A stretch of DNA of 64,000 nt from Euprymna scolopes. Taxonomy: Eukaryota. Shown piece after piece: positions 15,001-28,276 of this stretch. A model generated the notes under the pieces. That model made no database searches. It saw nothing but the letters and a program-made list of their open reading frames with translations, and was not told the origin of the DNA. Every line of letters begins with the position of its first letter. The stretch's first letter is position 1. The stretch lies in NCBI GenBank assembly GCA_053919585.1, contig CM132808.1, one strand, 5' to 3'. Made by a program: the position numbers and the translations under genes.

Positions 15001-18000
15001 TGACAGTGGATTTCTATGCTTCTTGACAGTGGATTTCTATGCTTCTTGACAGTGGATTTCTATGCTTCTTGACAGTGGATTTCTGTGCTTCTTGACAGTG
15101 GATTTCTGTGCTTCTTGACAGTGGATTTCTGTGCTTCTTGACAGTGGATTTCTATGCTTCTTGACAGTGGATTTCTATGCTTCTTGACAGTGGATTTCTG
15201 TGCTTCTTGACAGTGGATTTCTATGCTTCTTGACAGTGGATTTCTATGCTTCTTGACAGTGGATTTCTGTGCTTCTTGACAGTGGATTTCTATGCTTCTT
15301 GACAGTGGATTTCTGTGCTTCTTGACAGTGGATTTCTATGCTTCTTGACAGTGGATTTCTATGCTTCTTGACAGTGGATTTCTATGCTTCTTGACAGTGG
15401 ATTTCTATGCTTCTTGACAGTGGATTTCTGTGCTTCTTGACAGTGGATTTCTGTGCTTCTTGACAGTGGATTTCTGTGCTTCTTGACAGTGGATTTCTAT
15501 GCTTCTTGACAGTGGATTTCTATGCTTCTTGACAGTGGATTTCTGTGCTTCTTGACAGTGGATTTCTATGCTTCTTGACAGTGGATTTCTATGCTTCTTG
15601 ACAGTGGATTTCTGTGCTTCTTGACAGTGGATTTCTATGCTTCTTGACAGTGGATTTCTATGCTTCTTGACAGTGGATTTCTGTGCTTCTTGACAGTGGA
15701 TTTCTATGCTTCTTGACAGTGGATTTCTATGCTTCTTGACAGTGGATTTCTGTGCTTCTTGACAGTGGATTTCTATGCTTCTTGACAGTGGATTTCTGTG
15801 CTTCTTGACAGTGGATTTCTATGCTTCTTGACAGTGGATTTCTATGCTTCTTGACAGTGGATTTCTATGCTTCTTGACAGTGGATTTCTGTGCTTCTTGA
15901 CAGTGGATTTCTATGCTTCTTGACAGTGGATTTCTGTGCTTCTTGACAGTGGATTTCTATGCTTCTTGACAGTGGATTTCTATGCTTCTTGACAGTGGAT
16001 TTCTATGCTTCTTGACAGTGGATTTCTATGCTTCTTGACAGTGGATTTCTATGCTTCTTGACAGTGGATTTCTGTGCTTCTTGACAGTGGATTTCTATGC
16101 TTCTTGACAGTGGATTTCTATGCTTCTTGACAGTGGATTTCTGTGCTTCTTGACAGTGGATTTCTATGCTTCTTGACAGTGGATTTCTGTGCTTCTTGAC
16201 AGTGGATTTCTATGCTTCTTGACAGTGGATTTCTATGCTTCTTGACAGTGGATTTCTATGCTTCTTGACAGTGGATTTCTGTGCTTCTTGACAGTGGATT
16301 TCTATGCTTCTTGACAGTGGATTTCTGTACTTCTTGACAGTGGATTTCTGTGCTTCTTGACAGTGGATTTCTATGCTTCTTGACAGTGGATTTCTGTGCT
16401 TCTTGACAGTGGATTTCTATGCTTCTTGACAGTGGATTTCTATGCTTCTTGACAGTGGATTTCTATGCTTCTTGACAGTGGATTTCTGTGCTTCTTGACA
16501 GTGGATTTCTATGCTTCTTGACAGTGGATTTCTGTGCTTCTTGACAGTGGATTTCTGTGCTTCTTGACAGTGGATTTCTATGCTTCTTGACAGTGGATTT
16601 CTATGCTTCTTGACAGTGGATTTCTATGCTTCTTGACAGTGGATTTCTGTGCTTCTTGACAGTGGATTTCTATGCTTCTTGACAGTGGATTTCTATGCTT
16701 CTTGACAGTGGATTTCTGTGCTTCTTGACAGTGGATTTCTATGCTTCTTGACAGTGGATTTCTATGCTTCTTGACAGTGGATTTCTATGCTTCTTGACAG
16801 TGGATTTCTGTGCTTCTTGACAGTGGATTTCTATGCTTCTTGACAGTGGATTTCTGTGCTTCTTGACAGTGGATTTCTGTGCTTCTTGACAGTGGATTTC
16901 TATGCTTCTTGACAGTGGATTTCTATGCTTCTTGACAGTGGATTTCTATGCTTCTTGACAGTGGATTTCTGTGCTTCTTGACAGTGGATTTCTATGCTTC
17001 TTGACAGTGGATTTCTGTACTTCTTGACAGTGGATTTCTGTGCTTCTTGACAGTGGATTTCTATGCTTCTTGACAGTGGATTTCTGTGCTTCTTGACAGT
17101 GGATTTCTATGCTTCTTGACAGTGGATTTCTATGCTTCTTGACAGTGGATTTCTGTGCTTCTTGACAGTGGATTTCTATGCTTCTTGACAGTGGATTTCT
17201 GTGCTTCTTGACAGTGGATTTCTATGCTTCTTGACAGTGGATTTCTATGCTTCTTGACAGTGGATTTCTATGCTTCTTGACAGTGGATTTCTATGCTTCT
17301 TGACAGTGGATTTCTGTGCTTCTTGACAGTGGATTTCTGTGCTTCTTGACAGTGGATTTATGTGCTTCTTGACAGTGGATTTCTATGCTTCTTGACAGTG
17401 GATTTCTATGCTTCTTGACAGTGGATTTCTGTGCTTCTTGACAGTGGATTTCTATGCTTCTTGACAGTGGATTTCTATGCTTCTTGACAGTGGATTTCTG
17501 TGCTTCTTGACAGTGGATTTCTATGCTTCTTGACAGTGGATTTCTATGCTTCTTGACAGTGGATTTCTGTGCTTCTTGACAGTGGATTTCTATGCTTCTT
17601 GACAGTGGATTTCTGTGCTTCTTGACAGTGGATTTCTATGCTTCTTGACAGTGGATTTCTATGCTTCTTGACAGTGGATTTCTATGCTTCTTGACAGTGG
17701 ATTTCTGTGCTTCTTGACAGTGGATTTCTATGCTTCTTGACAGTGGATTTCTGTACTTCTTGACAGTGGATTTCTGTGCTTCTTGACAGTGGATTTCTAT
17801 GCTTCTTGACAGTGGATTTCTGTGCTTCTTGACAGTGGATTTCTATGCTTCTTGACAGTGGATTTCTATGCTTCTTGACAGTGGATTTCTGTGCTTCTTG
17901 ACAGTGGATTTCTATGCTTCTTGACAGTGGATTTCTGTGCTTCTTGACAGTGGATTTCTATGCTTCTTGACAGTGGATTTCTATGCTTCTTGACAGTGGA

Positions 18001-21000
18001 TTTCTATGCTTCTTGACAGTGGATTTCTATGCTTCTTGACAGTGGATTTCTGTGCTTCTTGACAGTGGATTTCTGTGCTTCTTGACAGTGGATTTCTGTG
18101 CTTCTTGACAGTGGATTTCTATGCTTCTTGACAGTGGATTTCTATGCTTCTTGACAGTGGATTTCTATGCTTCTTGACAGTGGATTTCTGTGCTTCTTGA
18201 CAGTGGATTTCTGTGCTTCTTGACAGTGGATTTCTATGCTTCTTGACAGTGGATTTCTGTACTTCTTGACAGTGGATTTCTATGCTTCTTGACAGTGGAT
18301 TTCTATGCTTCTTGACAGTGGATTTCTGTGCTTCTTGACAGTGGATTTCTGTGCTTCTTGACAGTGGATTTCTGTGCTTCTTGACAGTGGATTTCTATGC
18401 TTCTTGACAGTGGATTTCTATGCTTCTTGACAGTGGATTTCTATGCTTCTTGACAGTGGATTTCTATGCTTCTTGACAGTGGATTTCTATGCTTCTTGAC
18501 AGTGGATTTCTGTGCTTCTTGACAGTGGATTTCTGTGCTTCTTGACAGTGGATTTCTGTGCTTCTTGACAGTGGATTTCTATGCTTCTTGACAGTGGATT
18601 TCTATGCTTCTTGACAGTGGATTTCTGTGCTTCTTGACAGTGGATTTCTATGCTTCTTGACAGTGGATTTCTATGCTTCTTGACAGTGGATTTCTATGCT
18701 TCTTGACAGTGGATTTCTGTGCTTTTTGACAGTGGATTTCTGTGCTTCTTGACAGTGGATTTCTATGCTTCTTGACAGTGGATTTCTGTGCTTCTTGACA
18801 GTGGATTTCTGTGCTTCTTGACAGTGGATTTCTATGCTTCTTGACAGTGGATTTCTATGCTTCTTGACAGTGGATTTCTGTGCTTCTTGACAGTGGATTT
18901 CTGTGCTTCTTGACAGTGGATTTCTGTGCTTCTTGACAGTGGATTTCTATGCTTCTTGACAGTGGATTTCTATGCTTCTTGACAGTGGATTTCTGTGCTT
19001 CTTGACAGTGGATTTCTATGCTTCTTGACAGTGGATTTCTGTGCTTCTTGACAGTGGATTTCTGTGCTTCTTGACAGTGGATTTCTGTGCTTCTTGACAG
19101 TGGATTTCTATGCTTCTTGACAGTGGATTTCTATGCTTCTTGACAGTGGATTTCTATGCTTCTTGACAGTGGATTTCTATGCTTCTTGACAGTGGATTTC
19201 TATGCTTCTTGACAGTGGATTTCTGTGCTTCTTGACAGTGGATTTCTGTGCTTCTTGACAGTGGATTTCTGTGCTTCTTGACAGTGGATTTCTATGCTTC
19301 TTGACAGTGGATTTCTATGCTTCTTGACAGTGGATTTCTGTGCTTCTTGACAGTGGATTTCTATGCTTCTTGACAGTGGATTTCTATGCTTCTTGACAGT
19401 GGATTTCTGTGCTTCTTGACAGTGGATTTCTATGCTTCTTGACAGTGGATTTCTATGCTTCTTGACAGTGGATTTCTATGCTTCTTGACAGTGGATTTCT
19501 ATGCTTCTTGACAGTGGATTTCTGTGCTTCTTGACAGTGGATTTCTATGCTTCTTGACAGTGGATTTCTGTGCTTCTTGACAGTGGATTTCTATGCTTCT
19601 TGACAGTGGATTTCTATGCTTCTTGACAGTGGATTTCTGTGCTTCTTGACAGTGGATTTCTATGCTTCTTGACAGTGGATTTCTGTGCTTCTTGACAGTG
19701 GATTTCTATGCTTCTTGACAGTGGATTTCTATGCTTCTTGACAGTGGATTTCTATGCTTCTTGACAGTGGATTTCTATGCTTCTTGACAGTGGATTTCTG
19801 TGCTTCTTGACAGTGGATTTCTGTGCTTCTTGACAGTGGATTTCTGTGCTTCTTGACAGTGGATTTCTATGCTTCTTGACAGTGGATTTCTATGCTTCTT
19901 GACAGTGGATTTCTGTGCTTCTTGACAGTGGATTTCTATGCTTCTTGACAGTGGATTTCTATGCTTCTTGACAGTGGATTTCTATGCTTCTTGACAGTGG
20001 ATTTCTATGCTTCTTGACAGTGGATTTCTGTGCTTCTTGACAGTGGATTTCTGTGCTTCTTGACAGTGGATTTCTGTGCTTCTTGACAGTGGATTTCTGT
20101 GCTTCTTGACAGTGGATTTCTATGCTTCTTGACAGTGGATTTCTATGCTTCTTGACAGTGGATTTCTGTGCTTCTTGACAGTGGATTTCTATGCTTCTTG
20201 ACAGTGGATTTCTATGCTTCTTGACAGTGGATTTCTGTGCTTCTTGACAGTGGATTTCTATGCTTCTTGACAGTGGATTTCTGTGCTTCTTGACAGTGGA
20301 TTTCTGTGCTTCTTGACAGTGGATTTCTATGCTTCTTGACAGTGGATTTCTATGCTTCTTGACAGTGGATTTCTATGCTTCTTGACAGTGGATTTCTATG
20401 CTTCTTGACAGTGGATTTCTGTGCTTCTTGACAGTGGATTTCTGTGCTTCTTGACAGTGGATTTCTATGCTTCTTGACAGTGGATTTCTATGCTTCTTGA
20501 CAGTGGATTTCTATGCTTCTTGACAGTGGATTTCTGTGCTTCTTGACAGTGGATTTCTGTGCTTCTTGACAGTGGATTTCTGTGCTTCTTGACAGTGGAT
20601 TTCTGTGCTTCTTGACAGTGGATTTCTATGCTTCTTGACAGTGGATTTCTATGCTTCTTGACAGTGGATTTCTGTGCTTCTTGACAGTGGATTTCTATGC
20701 TTCTTGACAGTGGATTTCTGTGCTTCTTGACAGTGGATTTCTGTGCTTCTTGACAGTGGATTTCTGTGCTTCTTGACAGTGGATTTCTATGCTTCTTGAC
20801 AGTGGATTTCTATGCTTCTTGACAGTGGATTTCTATGCTTCTTGACAGTGGATTTCTATGCTTCTTGACAGTGGATTTCTATGCTTCTTGACAGTGGATT
20901 TCTATGCTTCTTGACAGTGGATTTCTGTGCTTCTTGACAGTGGATTTCTGTGCTTCTTGACAGTGGATTTCTATGCTTCTTGACAGTAGATTTCTATGCT

Positions 21001-24000
21001 TCTTGACAGTGGATTTCTATGCTTCTTGACAGTGGATTTCTATGCTTCTTGACAGTGGATTTCTGTGCTTCTTGACAGTGGATTTCTATGCTTCTTGACA
21101 GTGGATTTCTATGCTTCTTGACAGTGGATTTCTATGCTTCTTGACAGTGGATTTCTATGCTTCTTGACAGTGGATTTCTGTGCTTCTTGACAGTGGATTT
21201 CTATGCTTCTTGACAGTGGATTTCTGTGCTTCTTGACAGTGGATTTCTGTGCTTCTTGACAGTGGATTTCTGTGCTTCTTGACAGTGGATTTCTGTGCTT
21301 CTTGACAGTGGATTTCTATGCTTCTTGACAGTGGATTTCTATGCTTCTTGACAGTGGATTTCTGTGCTTCTTGACAGTGGATTTCTGTGCTTCTTGACAG
21401 TGGATTTCTGTGCTTCTTGACAGTGGATTTCTATGCTTCTTGACAGTGGATTTCTATGCTTCTTGACAGTGGATTTCTATGCTTCTTGACAGTGGATTTC
21501 TATGCTTCTTGACAGTGGATTTCTATGCTTCTTGACAGTGGATTTCTATGCTTCTTGACAGTGGATTTCTGTGCTTCTTGACAGTGGATTTCTGTGCTTC
21601 TTGACAGTGGATTTCTATGCTTCTTGACAGTGGATTTCTATGCTTCTTGACAGTGGATTTCTATGCTTCTTGACAGTGGATTTCTGTGCTTCTTGACAGT
21701 GGATTTCTGTGCTTCTTGACAGTGGATTTCTATGCTTCTTGACAGTGGATTTCTATGCTTCTTGACAGTGGATTTCTATGCTTCTTGACAGTGGATTTCT
21801 ATGCTTCTTGACAGTGGATTTCTGTGCTTCTTGACAGTGGATTTCTATGCTTCTTGACAGTGGATTTCTATGCTTCTTGACAGTGGATTTCTGTGCTTCT
21901 TGACAGTGGATTTCTATGCTTCTTGACAGTGGATTTCTGTGCTTCTTGACAGTGGATTTCTGTGCTTCTTGACAGTGGATTTCTATGCTTCTTGACAGTG
22001 GATTTCTATGCTTCTTGACAGTGGATTTCTATGCTTCTTGACAGTGGATTTCTATGCTTCTTGACAGTGGATTTCTATGCTTCTTGACAGTGGATTTCTA
22101 TGCTTCTTGACAGTGGATTTCTATGCTTCTTGACAGTGGATTTCTGTGCTTCTTGACAGTGGATTTCTATGCTTCTTGACAGTGGATTTCTATGCTTCTT
22201 GACAGTGGATTTCTATGCTTCTTGACAGTGGATTTCTATGCTTCTTGACAGTGGATTTCTATGCTTCTTGACAGTGGATTTCTGTGCTTCTTGACAGTGG
22301 ATTTCTATGCTTCTTGACAGTGGATTTCTATGCTTCTTGACAGTGGATTTCTATGCTTCTTGACAGTGGATTTCTATGCTTCTTGACAGTGGATTTCTGT
22401 GCTTCTTGACAGTGGATTTCTATGCTTCTTGACAGTGGATTTCTGTGCTTCTTGACAGTGGATTTCTGTGCTTCTTGACAGTGGATTTCTGTGCTTCTTG
22501 ACAGTGGATTTCTGTGCTTCTTGACAGTGGATTTCTATGCTTCTTGACAGTGGATTTCTATGCTTCTTGACAGTGGATTTCTGTGCTTCTTGACAGTGGA
22601 TTTCTGTGCTTCTTGACAGTGGATTTCTGTGCTTCTTGACAGTGGATTTCTATGCTTCTTGACAGTGGATTTCTATGCTTCTTGACAGTGGATTTCTATG
22701 CTTCTTGACAGTGGATTTCTATGCTTCTTGACAGTGGATTTCTATGCTTCTTGACAGTGGATTTCTATGCTTCTTGACAGTGGATTTCTGTGCTTCTTGA
22801 CAGTGGATTTCTGTGCTTCTTGACAGTGGATTTCTATGCTTCTTGACAGTGGATTTCTATGCTTCTTGACAGTGGATTTCTATGCTTCTTGACAGTGGAT
22901 TTCTGTGCTTCTTGACAGTGGATTTCTGTGCTTCTTGACAGTGGATTTCTATGCTTCTTGACAGTGGATTTCTATGCTTCTTGACAGTGGATTTCTATGC
23001 TTCTTGACAGTGGATTTCTATGTTTCTTGACAGTGGATTTCTGTGCTTCTTGACAGTGGATTTCTATGCTTCTTGACAGTGGATTTCTATGCTTCTTGAC
23101 AGTGGATTTCTGTGCTTCTTGACAGTGGATTTCTATGCTTCTTGACAGTGGATTTCTGTGCTTCTTGACAGTGGATTTCTGTGCTTCTTGACAGTGGATT
23201 TCTATGCTTCTTGACAGTGGATTTCTATGCTTCTTGACAGTGGATTTCTATGCTTCTTGACAGTGGATTTCTATGCTTCTTGACAGTGGATTTCTATGCT
23301 TCTTGACAGTGGATTTCTATGCTTCTTGACAGTGGATTTCTGTGCTTCTTGACAGTGGATTTCTGTGCTTCTTGACAGTGGATTTCTATGCTTCTTGACA
23401 GTGGATTTCTATGCTTCTTGACAGTGGATTTCTATGCTTCTTGACAGTGGATTTCTATGCTTCTTGACAGTGGATTTCTGTGCTTCTTGACATTGGATTT
23501 CTATGCTTCTTGACAGTGGATTTCTATGCTTCTTGACAGTGGATTTCTGTGCTTCTTGACAGTGGATTTCTATGCTTCTTGACAGTGGATTTCTGTGCTT
23601 CTTGACAGTGGATTTCTGTGCTTCTTGACAGTGGATTTCTGTGCTTCTTGACAGTGGATTTCTATGCTTCTTGACAGTGGATTTCTATGCTTCTTGACAG
23701 TGGATTTCTATGCTTCTTGACAGTGGATTTCTATGCTTCTTGACAGTGGATTTCTGTGCTTCTTGACAGTGGATTTCTATGCTTCTTGACAGTGGATTTC
23801 TATGCTTCTTGACAGTGGATTTCTGTGCTTCTTGACAGTGGATTTCTATGCTTCTTGACAGTGGATTTCTGTGCTTCTTGACAGTGGATTTCTGTGCTTC
23901 TTGACAGTGGATTTCTATGCTTCTTGACAGTGGATTTCTATGCTTCTTGACAGTGGATTTCTATGCTTCTTGACAGTGGATTTCTATGCTTCTTGACAGT

Positions 24001-26356
24001 GGATTTCTATGCTTCTTGACAGTGGATTTCTATGCTTCTTGACAGTGGATTTCTGTGCTTCTTGACAGTGGATTTCTGTGCTTCTTGACAGTGGATTTCT
24101 ATGCTTCTTGACAGTGGATTTCTATGCTTCTTGACAGTGGATTTCTATGCTTCTTGACAGTGGATTTCTATGCTTCTTGACAGTGGATTTCTGTGCTTCT
24201 TGACAGTGGATTTCTATGCTTCTTGACAGTGGATTTCTATGCTTCTTGACAGTGGATTTCTGTGCTTCTTGACAGTGGATTTCTATGCTTCTTGACAGTG
24301 GATTTCTGTGCTTCTTGACAGTGGATTTCTGTGCTTCTTGACAGTGGATTTCTGTGCTTCTTGACAGTGGATTTCTATGCTTCTTGACAGTGGATTTCTA
24401 TGCTTCTTGACAGTGGATTTCTGTGCTTCTTGACAGTGGATTTCTATGCTTCTTGACAGTGGATTTCTGTGCTTCTTGACAGTGGATTTCTATGCTTCTT
24501 GACAGTGGATTTCTATGCTTCTTGACAGTGGATTTCTGTGCTTCTTGACAGTGGATTTCTATGCTTCTTGACAGTGGATTTCTATGCTTCTTGACAGTGG
24601 ATTTCTGTGCTTCTTGACAGTGGATTTCTGTGCTTCTTGACAGTGGATTTCTGTGCTTCTTGACAGTGGATTTCTATGCTTCTTGACAGTGGATTTCTGT
24701 GCTTCTTGACAGTGGATTTCTATGCTTCTTGACAGTGGATTTCTGTGCTTCTTGACAGTGGATTTCTGTGCTTCTTGACAGTGGATTTCTGTGCTTCTTG
24801 ACAGTGGATTTCTGTGCTTCTTGACAGTGGATTTCTATGCTTCTTGACAGTGGATTTCTGTGCTTCTTGACAGTGGATTTCTGTGCTTCTTGACAGTGGA
24901 TTTCTGTGCTTCTTGACAGTGGATTTCTATGCTTCTTGACAGTGGATTTCTGTGCTTCTTGACAGTGGATTTCTGTGCTTCTTGACAGTGGATTTCTATG
25001 CTTCTTAACAGTGGATTTCTATGCTTCTTAACAGTGGATTTCTGTGCTTCTTGACAGTGGATTTCTGTGCTTCTTGACAGTGGATTTCTGTGCTTCTTGA
25101 CAGTGGATTTCTGTGCTTCTTGACAGTGGATTTCTGTGCTTCTTGACAGTGGATTTCTATGCTTCTTGACAGTGGATTTCTGTGCTTCTTGACAGTGGAT
25201 TTCTATGCTTCTTGACAGTGGATTTCTGTGCTTCTTGACAGTGGATTTCTATGCTTCTTGACAGTGGATTTCTGTGCTTCTTGACAGTGGATTTCTATGC
25301 TTCTTGACAGTGGATTTCTGTGCTTCTTGACAGTGGATTTCTGTGCTTCTTGACAGTGGATTTCTATGCTTCTTGACAGTGGATTTCTGTGCTTCTTGAC
25401 AGTGGATTTCTGTGCTTCTTGACAGTGGATTTCTGTGCTTCTTGACAGTGGATTTCTGTGCTTCTTGACAGTGGATTTCTATGCTTCTTGACAGTGGATT
25501 TCTATGCTTCTTGACAGTGGATTTCTGTGCTTCTTGACAGTGGATTTCTATGCTTCTTGACAGTGGATTTCTGTGCTTCTTGACAGTGGATTTCTGTGCT
25601 TCTTGACAGTGGATTTCTATGCTTCTTGACAGTGGATTTCTGTGCTTCTTGACAGTGGATTTCTGTGCTTCTTGACAGTGGATTTCTGTGCTTCTTGACA
25701 GTGGATTTCTGTGCTTCTTGACAGTGGATTTCTGTGCTTCTTGACAGTGGATTTCTGTGCTTCTTGACAGTGGATTTCTATGCTTCTTGACAGTGGATTT
25801 CTGTGCTTCTTGACAGTGGATTTCTATGCTTCTTAACAGTGGATTTCTATGCTTCTTAACAGTGGATTTCTGTGCTTCTTGACAGTGGATTTCTGTGCTT
25901 CTTGACAGTGGATTTCTGTGCTTCTTGACAGTGGATTTCTGTGCTTCTTGACAGTGGATTTCTGTGCTTCTTGACAGTGGATTTCTATGCTTCTTGACAG
26001 TGGATTTCTGTGCTTCTTGACAGTGGATTTCTGTGCTTCTTGACAGTGGATTTCTGTGCTTCTTGACAGTGGATTTCTGTGCTTCTTGACAGTGGATTTC
26101 TGTGCTTCTTGACAGTGGATTTCTGTGCTTCTTAACAGTGGATTTCTATGCTTCTTGACAGTGGATTTCTGTGCTTCTTGACAGTGGATTTCTGTGCTTC
26201 TTAACAGTGGATTTCTGTGCTTCTTGACAGTGGATTTCTATGCTTCTTGACAGTGGATTTCTATGCTTCTTGACAGTGGATTTCTGTGCTTCTTAACAGT
26301 GGATTTCTATGCTTCTTGACAGTGGATTTCTGTGCTTCTTAACAGTGGATTTCTAT
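1..26356. repeat. 23-bp tandem satellite, consensus GCTTCTTGACAGTGGATTTCT(A/G)T, roughly 1,140 monomers in window, open at the left edge
   Basis: Uninterrupted 23-bp periodicity with one common A/G dimorphism (TAT/TGT) and a few rare substitutions. It ends abruptly at ...GGATTTCTAT|CAATTTT (26356). Confidence 0.99.
11981..12080. other. Scaffold gap (100 N)
   Basis: Exactly 100 Ns. Single-base indels in the satellite cluster on both sides (~11205, 11910, 11950, 13314, 14066). Confidence 0.99.
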
Positions 26357-26481
26357 CAATTTTAACACATGTGCGCATGATAAAGCCCTAACACACTGAA
26401 CTGGATGATACAACCTCTATTTTCAACAACAAGAGATTTCACCAAACATCATCATGACAAGTAAGAAAAAAAAAAAAAATG

Positions 26482-26546
26482 TATTGTTTAAATATTCCTG
26501 ATGAAGGCTTTGGTATAAGCCGAAAATTAGAATTTTTAAATAAATA
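26482..26546 (+). ncRNA. Minimal type I hammerhead ribozyme motif (Penelope-like-element type)
   Basis: Stem I TATTGTTTAAATATTC / GAATTTTTAAATAAATA; CTGATGA (26498-26504) plus one extra A; stem II GGCTT-tggtat-AAGCC; GAAA (26522-26525); palindromic AATT stem III; UUA cleavage triplet ending at 26529. Confidence 0.7.
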
Positions 26547-26593
26547 AATATTTATTTATTATTTGTGGACTATATTATCCTCATCTTCTAATT

Positions 26594-26640
26594 GTTTCAC
26601 GTTTTGGTCAACTATTCCTCTGGCCTTTATCAGGTGCTCA
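26594..26640 (-). mobile_element. Degenerate Penelope-like terminal/hammerhead remnant
   Basis: Minus strand reads CCTGATAAAGGCCAGAGGAATAGTTGACCAAAACGTG, similar to the motifs at ~34875-34925 (-) and ~35407-35455 (+). Confidence 0.45.
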
Positions 26641-26889
26641 TCTCCACAGGATCCCAATAATAAAAAATTAAAAAAAAAGTTTATTTAAAAAATAAAAATA
26701 TTGCACGTCTGATCTTTTAACCGTCATGTTTGGAATTTTTTTTTTTTTTTGTCATTTAAAGTTGGAATGAGATTATCGATAAAGAGATATAATGTTAACA
26801 TGCCGTGCGTGCGTGGCCCCCCTCTGGTGCTGCATGTGGGATGACGCCACAAAAAAATAGTGAAGAAATAAATGTGAGAAGTGTAAAGG

Positions 26890-27700
26890 GCCAACATTGT
26901 CTTCACATTTTTGCAAAGTTTCAGAAAAATTTATGGATGGGACAAGAGTTATGGAGTAAAAGTGTCATTTTTTTGCAATTTGAGGCATTTGTGACACCTT
27001 TTGAGCTCCTGGGAATGCCGAATCCCAGTGAAAATGGACAAACGTTGCAGTTTCATGCTTTAAGACATGTATATTTGAATTCAGTGGAAAACCACTATAT
27101 AGACATACATATCAAGTTTTTGAGTAATATGAAAAAAGAGCTCCAAAAAGGCATGTTTTTTTTAGTCATAAAAGTCCCGGAGGGATGCAAACCAGAATTT
27201 TACCAGGGTCACCCATACTGAATTAATATTAACAACAATGGCCTCCACATTTTGGCCAAGTTTTAGGAAAATCTAATGGATGGATCAAATGCTATGGGGC
27301 AAAAAGTATCATTTTGGGGCATTTTTGACCTCTTTTGAGCCCATGGATACGCTGAATCTCAGTGTAAGTTGATAACGATGCAGTTTCAGGCATTAACACA
27401 TGTATATTTGAGTTGACCACTGTGAAAAACCACTATATAGACATACATATCAAGTTTTTGTTGAGAAATATGAAAAAAGAGCCACAAAAAGGGGCGATTT
27501 TAGCACTATAAATCCCCGAAGAAGCGAACCAGAATTTTGCCAGGGTCACCCATACTGAATTTATATTAAGAACAATGGGCTCCATATTTTGGCCAAGTTT
27601 CAGAAACATTTAATGGATGGATCAAAAGTTATGGGATAAAATTGTGTCATTTTTGAGCATTTTTGACTTATTTTGAGCCCCTGGGGATGCAACGGGAATT
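26890..27700. repeat. Degenerate ~340-bp tandem repeat (~2.5 copies), probably internal to a non-autonomous element
   Basis: CCAGGGTCACCCATACTGAATT recurs at ~27203 and ~27540. CACATTTT(T/G)GC(A/C)AAGTTT recurs at ~26904, ~27246 and ~27583. Confidence 0.8.
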
Positions 27701-28276
27701 TTCGCAAAAGAAATTTGCTGGGATGAGATCAGGTCACATGCCTTTGAGATGTCTAGGTTTTTTATGATATCATGGACATGGAAGGGGTGATTTTCAGATT
27801 ATCAAAGTTGGTGGCAAGGCAAGATGCAGGCTGAATTGATGGCATTGTATGAGGTTAATTTTCATTACGGACAGATTCTGCCACAATATTAAATAAAAAG
27901 AATTCTTTTAAAGACAAAAGACAAAAAACAAAGCAAAAAGGGCTACAATGAACTAAAAATTTATATTTTTAATGCCAAACGCATATGGGTGTACTTTCAA
28001 AATCTCAAAAGGTTTGTAAATTCATAAACACAGAAGCAATCCCATTTTTTATCACACTACTATTTATGGGGAGACACCGAGCCAGATGAAAGATTCAATT
28101 AGGGCTAAAGAATCCACTAAAGGTGCGAAACAAGAACAGCTTTTAGTAGCATGCAACTCAATAAACCTATTTTTTTCTTGACCTGATATTTGTCAAATTT
28201 CTGCATTTATAAGAAAAGAGTGTTTGATGATCTTTTATTTTCAAAGATTCATTTCTACAAGAGCACTAATTGCAAA

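Noticed and set aside
1-26356. CRISPR array or telomeric repeat
   Set aside because: The monomers abut with no unique spacers, there are no cas genes, the context is eukaryotic, and the unit is not a TTAGGG-type repeat.
26357-26465. Possible plus-strand exon ending ACAA|GTAAG after the satellite
   Set aside because: All three frames contain stops, and there is no acceptor or recognisable protein.
26805-27221. 138-aa ORF
   Set aside because: It lies in a degenerate 340-bp tandem repeat, the frame is not kept in the next copy, and there are no known motifs.
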